NCBI GenBank assembly: GCA_963695855.1
Contig: CAVOHZ010000008.1
Span: 256,001-320,000, forward strand
Length of the DNA: 64,000 nucleotides
Direction of reading: 5' to 3'
DNA from: an uncultured Nitrososphaerales archaeon
Lineage (GTDB): Archaea; Thermoproteota; Nitrososphaeria; Nitrososphaerales; Nitrososphaeraceae
Shown here: piece after piece, positions 1 through 10,001 of the stretch
How the letters are laid out: the number at the start of each line of letters is the position of its first letter
Position numbering within the stretch: the stretch's first letter is position 1
Program-made: the position numbers and the translations under genes
The notes under the pieces: model-generated
Databases searched by the model: none
What the model was told of the DNA's origin: nothing
What the model saw: only the letters and a program-made list of their open reading frames with translations

Positions 1-504
1 TATGCCCTTGCTTCCAAAAGGAATCTCTACTATCAGTATATTTGTTACACCTTCAGCTCGTAACATCTTTCCTAAAACAACCTGCAAGGCAATTCTAGAC
101 TCGATAATATTTTCAAAAGCAAGTTGTATTACAGAAAAGGAATCAATTACTAATCTTTTACAATCGATACTTCTACAAGTTTCAATAATTTGTTCTAGTG
201 CATCTGCTATACCTTCCTTTGTTACAGCAGAAAAGTCTAAGAATGCAAATTTATTATCTTTCTCAAAATCTCTAAAATTCATTCCAAATCGCTCAAAATT
301 ATCGTAGTATTGAGTTTTAGACTCACTGAATGAAACGTATACACTACTTTCCCTACGTGTTAACCCTTCATAAAGAAAGTGAGATCCAAGTATAGTTTTA
401 CCTGTACCTGGATTACCTGCTAATAAAACCGTAAACCCTTTTGGTATTCCACCCTCAATGAGTGTATCAAGATTACTTATACCTGACGATAGGCGTTCGA
501 CCAA
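1..504 (-). CDS. KaiC/GvpD/RAD55-family RecA-superfamily ATPase, N-terminal part (runs off the window start)
   Basis: Manual minus-strand translation from TTG at 504: LVERLSSGISNLDTLIEGGIPKGFTVLLAGNPGTGKTILGSHFLYEG (Walker A GNPGTGKT). Absent from the ORF track because it is truncated. Confidence 0.9.
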   Translation of the reverse strand, partial: MVERLSSGISNLDTLIEGGIPKGFTVLLAGNPGTGKTILGSHFLYEGLTRRESSVYVSFSESKTQYYDNFERFGMNFRDFEKDNKFAFLDFSAVTKEGIADALEQIIETCRSIDCKRLVIDSFSVIQLAFENIIESRIALQVVLGKMLRAEGVTNILIVEIPFGSKGI

Positions 505-916
505 TATTTTTTGATAAAATAACAAACTATTAAGAGTTTGTTTATCCTATATCCTAAACTGCTAAGATTATAGATATTTAATATTCGTGTATTTTAATGG
601 ATGTTGTAATAATAATATTATTTGAATTATTATTAACAGGATCCAGACCTTTTGAAGTAGCTATAATATCTTCTATAACTGCTTCTTCTATATCCTATTT
701 AGCAATAAATATAATCTCAAAACGTATCAAAATCTTCTCATCATTAAAGAAGAATACTCAAAAATGAAATTAATGCCAAAGATATCTTAGAATTAGAAAT
801 AAAAAGTTTCCAATTGTTGGAAAACTTAAACAATAAAAAAACTGTACTTAAAGAATGTGATTATGCACTAGATACTATTACATTAGTTTATATATATAGG
901 TAACTTATGCATTATT

Positions 917-985
917 ATGACAGCAAAAGAAGTTATGACAGCAAAAGAAGTTATGACAGCAAAAGAAGTTATGACAGCAAAAGAA
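917..985 (+). repeat. 18-bp tandem repeat ATGACAGCAAAAGAAGTT x3 plus a partial fourth unit
   Basis: Seen directly; each unit begins with ATG. Confidence 0.95.
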
Positions 986-1540
986 GAAAAGATAAATGAA
1001 AAAAATATAACTAAATTTAGTCCAGACAACAGTAATTTCAATGAAAGAGCAAATAGAGACTTTAATAAGACCTTAAATCAACAACAAGATATAATAAACA
1101 AGACACTCGACAACACATTACATAATATAAAGAGAACAGCTGATGAAGCTACACGAGAAATTCCAAAATATACACAACGTATTGCTGAATATCAAGAACA
1201 AACTATTCAAACTATAAAAGATATTGCCTCTGACTTTATTGAAGCAGAAAAAGAAGTAATAAACTCTTTTCATTCACAAGTAGATAAAAACAGTGGTGTG
1301 AACTTCACCGGAATATGGGACTGGTATAATCCACAGAAAATTGTTGAAAACCACGCAGTACTGGTTAATAACTTTACTAGTTATCTGTTAAATACGAGTA
1401 ATCTAATAAACAGCGCTCTAGCATCAAATATGAGCATATACAATACAGCATTAGAACAAACACGTGACAATCTAAAGACGTTGGTAAGAACAAATACTAG
1501 TTACATAAAATCAGTAGGACAATCAGTTAAACCACAATGA
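917..1540 (+). CDS. Helical Gln/Asn-rich hypothetical protein (phasin-like, inferred) with N-terminal MTAKEV repeats
   Basis: 207-aa ORF; amphipathic helical QQQDIINKTLD...EIPKYTQRIAEYQEQTIQ pattern of the kind seen in Nitrososphaeraceae paralogs. Confidence 0.6.
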   Translation: MTAKEVMTAKEVMTAKEVMTAKEEKINEKNITKFSPDNSNFNERANRDFNKTLNQQQDIINKTLDNTLHNIKRTADEATREIPKYTQRIAEYQEQTIQTIKDIASDFIEAEKEVINSFHSQVDKNSGVNFTGIWDWYNPQKIVENHAVLVNNFTSYLLNTSNLINSALASNMSIYNTALEQTRDNLKTLVRTNTSYIKSVGQSVKPQ

Positions 1541-1830
1541 TTTAGAAATCATACCAGTAAGTAAAAATGGACCATGTTAAATATCTAACATAGTCTAATA
1601 ATCTTAGGTATTTTTTAAATCGTACTATTAGATATATTTATTTTATTTTATAACCAAATTAAGAATTAAGAGGGACTATGAAAATTAGAATAATTATATG
1701 TGATTTTTTGGTAATGCTATCTTTAGGAATAAAGTCTTACATATGGTAGGATTTTAATACATTGTATTTAGTTTTTTATGAAATATCATTAAATAAATTA
1801 GTAGATAGGGATATATTACAAATTTAAAGA

Positions 1831-2460
1831 ATGAACGAAGATTATACAAAAATTATTGAATTGCAGAATAAATTTGCCAAGAAGGTTATAACTAGTGATT
1901 ATCTGAATAATAATAACATTCGTAATGTTTGCGGTATAGATGTTTCTTATAAGGATTTAAATGCTTTTTGTTCTGCTGTGATAGTTAATAAAAATACTTT
2001 AGAAATAACTGAAATAGTAAATGAAAAAAGTATTGTTAAATCTTCATACATTCCAGGACTTTTTATGTTGAGAGAAGCAAAACCTTTACTAAAGACTTTG
2101 AGATTATTAAAAAATACATATGATCTAATATTAATTGACGGTCATGGAATTCTGCATCCAAGAAAATGTGGATTAGCTTCCTACATAGGTCTTATGATTG
2201 ACAAACCAACAATAGGCGTTGCAAAGAAACTATTATGTGGATCAATAATAGAAAACAATTATGTCGAATATAATCAGACAATTCTTGGATATAGAATTAG
2301 GAAAAATAATAAAAAAAACATCTATGTCAGTGTAGGACATAAAATTAGTTTAGAAACGGCAATTGACATTATTAAAAAACTGACCAAAAAATCGGAATTT
2401 ATTCCAGAGCCTTTAAGGATTGCAGATATCAATTCAAAAATATGTAGTAATTTTAGATAG
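1831..2460 (+). CDS. nfi: Endonuclease V (deoxyinosine 3' endonuclease)
   Basis: Motifs GIDVSY, YIPGLFMLRE, LIDGHGILHPRKCGLAS, KPTIGVAK, PEPLRIAD. Confidence 0.93.
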   Translation: MNEDYTKIIELQNKFAKKVITSDYLNNNNIRNVCGIDVSYKDLNAFCSAVIVNKNTLEITEIVNEKSIVKSSYIPGLFMLREAKPLLKTLRLLKNTYDLILIDGHGILHPRKCGLASYIGLMIDKPTIGVAKKLLCGSIIENNYVEYNQTILGYRIRKNNKKNIYVSVGHKISLETAIDIIKKLTKKSEFIPEPLRIADINSKICSNFR

Positions 2461-2535
2461 TTAACTATATGATGAAATTAATGTAGTTAATGTAAATGAT
2501 GAATATTTAGTTACATTATAGTTAAGTGCTATGAA

Positions 2536-2605
2536 GTCGGGAGTAATACCGATCGCGGTACAAAAATAAGAGTCTAATGTTTTAGTATAATGGATAATAT
2601 TTAGG
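2536..2605 (+). repeat. Dispersed att-like site, partial core plus arm A
   Basis: GTCGGGAGTAATACCGATCGCGGTACAAAAATAAGAGTCTAATGT; one of about 14 arm-A copies in the window. Confidence 0.9.
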
Positions 2606-2737
2606 AATTACTTATTTTATTATAAATTGTCTATATAATAAAGAATGTAAGGATCTGTTGAAATAAAAAGTAATGAAATTATGGCATTTAAAAATTATAA
2701 GATACAGAAATACAAGAAGGTTTTCAAGAACTTTCTT

Positions 2738-3361
2738 TTATTTACTGCGATCAAAGAGAACTTTATTCTTATTTGCTGCAACTTTATCCATTACTGGTTC
2801 TCTGTCATCAAGTGTTATTTCCATCGACGATTCTTTACCTACTTTAGTGCTAGTAGTATTGTCAGAAAATGGGCTATGATCATGTTGATTTCTATCTTTT
2901 AATTCGTTCTCTACCAAATTTTTGATTTGGCCTGCAGTAACACCAACTGTTTCTGGTTCTTTTTTTGTAGTTTTCGCTTTTTGTTTAGTTGCTATTGAAG
3001 AAGATTGTTGTTGTTCTTTTTTCTTTGTTTTTCCAGTCGATTTATTTTGAACTGATTTTTTTATTTTCTTTGTTATTGATTTTGCTACGTCTCTTGCTAC
3101 TGGAAAAGAAACACCTGACCTACTTACAGTTTGAGCTAATCTATCTGTATTGAATTTCTCCTCTCTTCCACTTGACCTTTTTAAAACTATATCTTTTTTA
3201 CTTTTCAAATTCGACTTACTGGTTCTTTTAGATTTTGGTTTATTTGAAATATTTGAGTTTAATAAATTAGATTTAGTTTTTTTTAATACTTTTTTCTTTT
3301 CTTTTTTGATATCATTTTTAATTTTTCTTCCTTTACTATTTTGTTTAGATTTTTTTATCAT
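2738..3361 (-). CDS. Lys-rich protein with a stand-alone ATP-cone-like domain
   Basis: VLKRSSGREEKFNTDRLAQTVSRSG...VTAGQIKNLVENELK resembles the ATP-cone consensus, with a basic N-terminus and an internal low-complexity insert. Confidence 0.65.
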   Translation of the reverse strand: MIKKSKQNSKGRKIKNDIKKEKKKVLKKTKSNLLNSNISNKPKSKRTSKSNLKSKKDIVLKRSSGREEKFNTDRLAQTVSRSGVSFPVARDVAKSITKKIKKSVQNKSTGKTKKKEQQQSSSIATKQKAKTTKKEPETVGVTAGQIKNLVENELKDRNQHDHSPFSDNTTSTKVGKESSMEITLDDREPVMDKVAANKNKVLFDRSK

Positions 3362-4248
3362 ATTGTATTATTTCTAGAATAATAAGAATAAATACAAATT
3401 TAAATATTTTCAAAACTTTAATTAAATTCATCTAATCTATTACAAAAAATAAGTCCTTTAAGTTAGGATAAACTGATTCTTTATCTTTATAAAGAAATAA
3501 ATTATATAACATAAAATTTCTCTGAAGTATCAAATGTACCTGGAAGATTTTATCCAAAGTAAATCTATGAATATATATGTTGCCTATTCTAATTCAGTTT
3601 AGGTTTTTGTTTTTTTTAAAACATGAAAAATTCATATTTCTAAGTTATATATTTTAAAGGCAAGAGTAAATCCTAATGCAAGGGACATGTCAAATTTGTG
3701 GTGCAAATAATGAAGAATTACAAGAAAAGAACTCATGATGGTCAAGTTGAAACGTATGTTATAATTAAGGATAATTATAAAGTAAAACATAAAAAAACTA
3801 ACAATAATTTAAAATGATTATCCTCTTTTTAAAATATTAAATAAAAAAATTATAATGAGCTATATTTTGCATTTATTCATTAACTCCATCATCCCAAAAA
3901 AACTGTAGTAACATTATCCAATCGATACTGCAACAGCAAAGTAGTATTAAAAGTATCTAATACAGGATTAGAACCAACGAGGATAGCATCGAATTTCTAT
4001 ATCTAAAGAACATCTTATGATTTTTAATATTTATGATCGATCTTATCAATATAAACAACACAATCTTCATGACCATATTATAAAATGAGTTGAGTTGAAT
4101 AATTGCTTCTTCAATATATCAAATGTCTCTGTCAAGTTAAGCAGTAAAAGCTATAGCTGAGAATATTCTCTTTATGACTTCAGCTAGTTAGTTCGTAAGA
4201 GTTAATATAATATCTTGTTTCATCAGAGCAATCCCATGACTAGCAGTA

Positions 4249-4273
4249 ACGGGTTCAAATCCCATCCTCTCCA
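4249..4273 (+). other. Orphan tRNA 3'-half-like sequence (T arm plus acceptor 3' strand)
   Basis: ACGGG-TTCAAAT-CCCAT-CCTCTCC-A; no matching GGAGAGG 5' strand seen upstream. Confidence 0.55.
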
Positions 4274-4333
4274 TTGAATGTTAGGTTCTAAGGATATTAG
4301 AAGTTCACATATTGGGGATTAAAAAGCGGAAAA

Positions 4334-4539
4334 GTTTGACTTGACTAAAATAGGGGTTGAACCACCAGGGATTGTATATAATCTCCGTTGGTAAAAGCAA
4401 GGTTTGAATTTGACTAAAATAGGTTTGAAACAAAGCAATTTATACTTAATTTGGATCATGTTTCACTCCCCGTTTGAATTTGACTAAAATAGTGTAATTT
4501 TTTGACACCGTTTGAATTTGACTAAAATAGGTTTGAAAC
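4334..4539 (+). CRISPR. Orphan CRISPR mini-array, 30-bp repeat GTTTGAATTTGACTAAAATAGGTTTGAAAC
   Basis: Repeats at 4334-4363 (degenerate), 4402-4431, 4472-4492 (truncated) and 4510-4539; spacers of 38 and 40 bp plus a 17-bp remnant; canonical GTTT...GAAAC ends; no cas genes recognised in the window. Confidence 0.85.
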
Positions 4540-4800
4540 TACCACTTTTGACACACTAGCATGATTAAAATCAAAAGAAAATGCATTCTTAGATATTTGT
4601 TTGGGTTGCCTTCAATCCTAAAATAGGGCTGTATCAAGAGTCATGTAAATGCAGAGATTCACAATTATAGTAAACTACTATTTGCCTCTTTGATAATTAT
4701 TTCCTGATAGATAGAGCTTTAGCTGAGTATATAATACTATGAGAAACATGGGAGAAGGATAAGTGATATCTTACAGATAGGACTAATGAATATGATTACA

Positions 4801-5526
4801 CAACTGTTAAGTTAACGATCTAGATTTAGCTGTGAACATTCTATTTCTAATCTATATAGTATGAATATTAGATTTGAACGAAATAGAACATCCACAATTG
4901 TAGTAATGTATTCTCTTTATCTATACTTTCTTGGTCTCAGTTTACGTAATACTTCTAAAGCACTAATAATTTTCAAGGACGATAAAAGAAGTCATCTTTC
5001 TGTTTGGAATTGGATACAAAGGTTTGGTTCATTGCAGATATACAAAAGGAAAAGAGTATCTGCATTCATAATAGATGAAACTATTATTCAGATTGGTGGT
5101 CGGCATTTCTGGCTATGGTTTTGTATTGAACCAGTACACAGTTCAGTGCTTGGAATTCATATCTCTGAAGAGAGAAATATGCTTGTTGCTGAAAAATTCA
5201 TAAGGTCTCTTGTATCAAAATATGGAAAACATACTGTATATACAGATAATGGTGGTACATGGTATGATAAACCATGCAACATAATTGGATTAAAACACTA
5301 TTTGCATTCACCATTTCAGAAAAGTTTGATGGAAAGAGTTAACCAGTATTTCAAGGATAGAACTGAATCTTTTGATGACTATTATCCATGTAGACAAATG
5401 GAATGTAATTTATTTCATGTTTATAATTGGATACAATTCTTTGTATCAATGTATAATGATACAATAGCAAATAATACTTATAATTTTCAGTTAAATGAGG
5501 TGAATGTTATCTTAAATTAACAGAGG
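4801..5526 (+). mobile_element. IS6-family element with transposase ORF 4861-5520
   Basis: DDE motifs [20 protein letters not shown]; imperfect terminal inverted repeats CTGTTAAGTTAA / TTAAATTAACAG. Confidence 0.88.
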
Positions 5527-5661
5527 CTATCAAATAAAGTATTATAGATTATATGTAATTATTAAACAAGAGAAAATTACATAGACCTCAATTATTGTAT
5601 CTTCATATTGTAATGATAAAATTTTTGACAATCTCTTAATAACTATGTTGTTCAAGGTAAC

Positions 5662-5847
5662 ATGATGATGTTTTATCACCATGATGATGATAGGTTTAAA
5701 AAAATTATAGATGAATTTATCTTATCTTCATCAGGTAATGAATCCTTAAGATATGCTCTAAAAAATATCGATGTACTAGCATCAAAATTAGGAATATCAT
5801 TTTATCATATGATATTTATATTAATTAAAAAACAATATAATCAATAG
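5662..5847 (+). CDS. Small hypothetical protein
   Basis: 61-aa ORF with plausible composition between two IS copies. Confidence 0.4.
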   Translation: MMMFYHHDDDRFKKIIDEFILSSSGNESLRYALKNIDVLASKLGISFYHMIFILIKKQYNQ

Positions 5848-5869
5848 CAAAAAGATTATTAAATAATGA

Positions 5870-6378
5870 TGGTGAGTGTAGATAATGTTTTAATCCAATT
5901 ATGTTGCATGGTTTATCATACCATGTACCACCATTATCTGTATATACAGTATGTTTTCCATATTTTGATACAAGAGACCTTATGAATTTTTCAGCAACAA
6001 TCATATTCCTATCTTCTGATATATAGATTCCAAGCACGGAACTGTGTACTGGTTCAATACAAAACCATAGGCAGAAATGCTGGTTACCAATCTGAATAAT
6101 GGTCTCATCTATAATAATAAAAGCAGTTACTCTTTTTCGTTTATAGATCAGACAGGATCCAAATCTCTGAATCTAATTCCAAATAGAAACATAACTTCTC
6201 TTCTGATCTCTAAATATAGTTAATGCCTTAGACGTATTTCGTAGACTGAGACCAAGAAAATATAGATAAAAAGAATATATTACTATACAGGCACATGTTT
6301 TATTTCTTTCAAATTTGATTTTCATAGAATATTTAGAACATTCTCAGCAATAGCTTTTGCTGCTTATCTGAACGGAGC
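5870..6378 (-). pseudogene. IS6-family transposase remnant, 3'-truncated, with internal stops
   Basis: Inverted homolog of 4861-5310; ORF 5825-6037 repeats [22 protein letters not shown]. Confidence 0.85.
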
Positions 6379-6430
6379 CCAAGACTCTTAGAGTCTTCAG
6401 TTGTTACCATGCATTAGACTATAATATTAA

Positions 6431-6691
6431 TTAGTTGTTTTCGATGGTAGTTTGTAATAATTCTCCCATTTCGTTATGCATTTTAAGAAAGTTTAATCCT
6501 TTTTCGGTGGTCTTGAATGTGTGAGTCCCCTCAATGTATTCTATTAGGTTGTTTTCTATCAAAACAGAAAGATATTCTTTTAATTGGGTATAACTTAGAA
6601 AAGCTTTATACATAATTTTTGTCTTTGTTGTGCCTCCATTTGCAGCGTTAAGTATATTACTCACTATTTCGGTTCTACTTCTGTATTTCAT
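6431..6691 (-). CDS. Winged-helix transcriptional regulator (ArnR1-like/HTH_45 type)
   Basis: MKYRSRTEIVSNILNAANGGTTKTKIMYKAFLSYTQLKEYL...FKTTEKG; paralog at 19016-19276. Confidence 0.85.
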   Translation of the reverse strand: MKYRSRTEIVSNILNAANGGTTKTKIMYKAFLSYTQLKEYLSVLIENNLIEYIEGTHTFKTTEKGLNFLKMHNEMGELLQTTIENN

Positions 6692-7385
6692 AGTTGTTAT
6701 ATAAGCGATTTACTTATTTTAATATTCTGGTAAAAGAAAACAAAGGAAAGTTATAATAGAATCATTGTAGATACTAGTTACAATTAGAGAAAGAGAGACA
6801 AAATTTTTCGTTTTTTAATAATTTTATGAAGGAAAATGATAAAAATATGATTATGTTGTTGGTCGCAGCATTTTCTATGCTGTTATATTACGCTATTAAA
6901 CCATCTTAATCCAGTATGTCAATTCTATCAGAACGATTTGCTATTGGTCAAGAACCCAGTTTAGATTATTCTCTAAATTTCTTATCTTCTTTTAACTATT
7001 AATTTATTAGAATACTTTGGGTTAGTAAAACCACCTAAGTGTATTGGATAAAAACTTATTGGGCTCGTGCTGCAGGGAATATCTTTCACCTTTGAAATAA
7101 TGTTGATAGAGCGTGAATTCTATTAGTAGCCAATGTTTTTTCAATGCACAATCTGATTCCACCTCAAAAAGGAAAATATACATATCTCGGAAATTTAGAT
7201 AAAAATCACTTTGTTTTTCATCCATTATTTGTTTATAAAATACACCAGTTGAATAATCGATAATTCATATATTCTATTCAAATGATCCTGTAATAGTCGT
7301 CTATTTGACTAAATGTCATATCTGTATCAATTAATCCTCATCCTCTTCTTAGAATGTAAATCTTTATAATTAAAAAAATAGCATA

Positions 7386-7799
7386 TTATTTTGGATAGAT
7401 ATGCCATATTATATGCTTTCCAGACGAGATACAATCTATTCCAACATTATCTCCATCCTCTGTAGCCAGAGAAGCATTACAAGATAATCCACTTGTACCG
7501 TTTTTAATTATCTCACTCATCTGTTCTTTTAATTGTTGAGATGGTGCTAAACTTATTTCCTCTAATAGTTCTTCCTCAATTTTAATTAAATTATTACCTA
7601 CGATAGCAGATACAATTTTAGTAGAGTTATCTATGTTCCCTATCTTGTTTTGTTCAAACAGTAAAACATACAATTTTTCATCAGTATTTTCAAGATCTTG
7701 TCCGTTAACACGTTGTAATACTGTAATGGTATTACTCATATCAATGAATAAAGACAAAGAGAATGTTACAATCAAACATATTATTGATAGAATTTTCAT
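7386..7799 (-). CDS. Secreted/membrane-anchored hypothetical protein
   Basis: Signal-like MKILSIICLIVTFSLSLFI within ORF 7386-7931; true start probably near 7799. Confidence 0.55.
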   Translation of the reverse strand: MKILSIICLIVTFSLSLFIDMSNTITVLQRVNGQDLENTDEKLYVLLFEQNKIGNIDNSTKIVSAIVGNNLIKIEEELLEEISLAPSQQLKEQMSEIIKNGTSGLSCNASLATEDGDNVGIDCISSGKHIIWHIYPK

Positions 7800-8139
7800 T
7801 TTAATTGAAAAATAAGATAATACTATAAAAGTTTTTATCATGATATCGATAGATTTACCAAGTGAATTTGGACAATTTACTTTAATCATAGATTTTTCCC
7901 ATACTAAATGATTAGACAGAATTAAATACACTATAATATTCTATTTTTAATATATGGTATTGTAAAATTTTGTTTATTATGATGAGTTATTAAGTTAATC
8001 ATTTTCCAAATAGAACTTATGTAGTAGGGTTCTAACACCTTGTATTTACATTCTTAAAGATATTCTTATATCTTTTACCACATCTTTGAATTTGATTGAT
8101 AATTAACATAAAAAATAAATTGATAATAATAAAAATACA

Positions 8140-8730
8140 TTTTAGTGTATTTATTTGATTTTAGCTTTGGTTATGTGATAGAGATCATCATCACATGATA
8201 GTATTACTACAAGTTTGTACTTCCCTTTCTTTATGTAGTCGTTATCAGGAATATTTGCACGGACTGTATCATGTCCATGTGGTGGAGAATTGTCATCATA
8301 AAACTCTATCTGTTTGCCTTCGAGTTCAACGCTTTCGTCCTCTTCACTACCTGGTTAAGTGACTTGTCCGTTCAGAAATAATGCTTTGACAAAATCCATA
8401 AATCCACATGGGTATTTATACGATATTTCAATTTCCTCTTTTGGATTAAACTTTATTTTCTTTAATTTTGCATGATCATTTGTTAAAACCTTAGGATCAT
8501 TAAAATCTTGAATATAGTCTGCATCAATCTCATATTCTTTTCCATTTTCTTTTTTTTATTTTTATTGGATCAATATCATCAAATCTATCTGCATATGCTT
8601 GTAGTGACGGTAAACTAATAAGACTTATAGAAAAAAGTAATGCTATTGTATACAATACTATAATGGCATTATATGTTTTTTTCCCATTATTTTGATTCCA
8701 TAGCATGGTAGATAAATATTCTGGCCGCAT
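8140..8730 (-). pseudogene. Frameshifted secreted hypothetical protein
   Basis: Signal-peptide ORF 8530-8730 breaks at an A-run; coding-like sequence continues in other frames to about 8140. Confidence 0.45.
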
Positions 8731-8901
8731 GATTTTATTTGTTGTATTTTCTGCTTAAAACTCTTATTTGCTTGGGACCTAATTATAAATAACAAATAAA
8801 TTTAAATATTTTGGTATCTTTATAACAGTCACAATGAATAATACCATTAAAATAGATTACAAATCGTTTGGGTTGCCATTGGGAATATTGTTATTATTAC
8901 T

Positions 8902-9201
8902 ATGATTAGCAGTGGTGTTATTGATTCTGTATATGCAAGTCATAACAAAGTAAAAGTAGGTTGTAAAGACCTTGCTCTTGCTCTTATAACCTGGGACCAA
9001 TTATTAAGTATAGGAGATCCCGATGACATAGCAGAGAATGAGCATATATTAAATGAGGAAGGTGTAGAACCAGATTTATACGAAGATATAATTGACAAAC
9101 ACCTTGAAGATTTATTAGATGAAGCTGACGATGAATGCAATAATCTTGATAATGACATAGAAAGACTACTTGATGACATAGACTGCAAGTTACCATTCTA
9201 A
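8902..9201 (+). CDS. Acidic hypothetical protein, probably secreted (5' end uncertain)
   Basis: 99-aa D/E-rich ORF with VYA signal-cleavage-like motif. Confidence 0.55.
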   Translation: MISSGVIDSVYASHNKVKVGCKDLALALITWDQLLSIGDPDDIAENEHILNEEGVEPDLYEDIIDKHLEDLLDEADDECNNLDNDIERLLDDIDCKLPF

Positions 9202-9576
9202 CTTTTTTTGCATTTTGTTAAGTATATAAAGTAATTAATTGTTGTTTCTATTAGAACTATTATCATTTAAGCATTTTAATTTACCATAATATTTTTTTAT
9301 CTTTTTCTTTCCCATTTGTTTATAAAATGGTATTTTTTCCTCTGAAGGATTTATATCAAAATTGTGCTTTTAATTAGTTGAGTCATTACAATAAATTTTA
9401 AGGGAATTAAATATGTTAGACCCTCCGTAATAAAGTAGGATTAAATCATAGATATGATCTGGATTCAATTATAACTTAATTCAATATATTAGATGATTTT
9501 TTATGTTGTACAAAGTAATTATCCCTATTTTCGAATGGAACAATAGATTGAAATTTATCTTTCATTTTGAGATATA

Positions 9577-9604
9577 AATATTTTTTCGGCGCCGAAAAAA
9601 TATT
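9577..9604. repeat. Perfect 28-bp palindrome AATATTTTTTCGGCGCCGAAAAAATATT
   Basis: Seen directly; its 18-bp centre recurs at 55457-55474. Confidence 0.9.
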
Positions 9605-9896
9605 ATTACAAATATAAAAAAATTATTTTCATACAATTATCAGCAGGATGGCTGGAATGGCTCAGATATATGCCATCCTGTTGTCAGTTACCCATCTTTG
9701 GTGTAATGATATCATTACTTCGTATTTGTATTATTTATGATATTTGGTAGTAAAAATAAAAAATATTTTTTCATCGCATTTCATATTGATTGTCGATAAT
9801 AATTTAGCGCGTATACAATCTATTTGTATATTGGTAGACGAGTTGCACTTTAGTTTATAAGAGTATACATAATATAATTTGTTTCTTAGTTAGAGT

Positions 9897-10001
9897 CTAA
9901 CACCATCTACATGTCAGGCCAATAAAAGGAATTGTTGCAATTACAGTTATCCCTACAATCATTCCTATTATGCAGATGTTGAATTTTGTTAGCTTGAACA
10001 T
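9897..10001 (-). CDS. Putative 34-aa single-TM peptide MFKLTKFNICIIGMIVGITVIATIPFIGLTCRWC
   Basis: Same-length in-frame homolog at 55746-55850 with synonymous changes. Confidence 0.5.
   Translation of the reverse strand: MFKLTKFNICIIGMIVGITVIATIPFIGLTCRWC

Noticed and set aside
2-307. 101-aa plus-strand ORF
   Set aside because: Antisense shadow of the KaiC/RAD55-type ATPase on the minus strand.
3676-3815. Tiny MQGTCQICG zinc-finger-like ORF
   Set aside because: Stops after 20 codons; probably a frameshifted remnant and not supportable as a gene.
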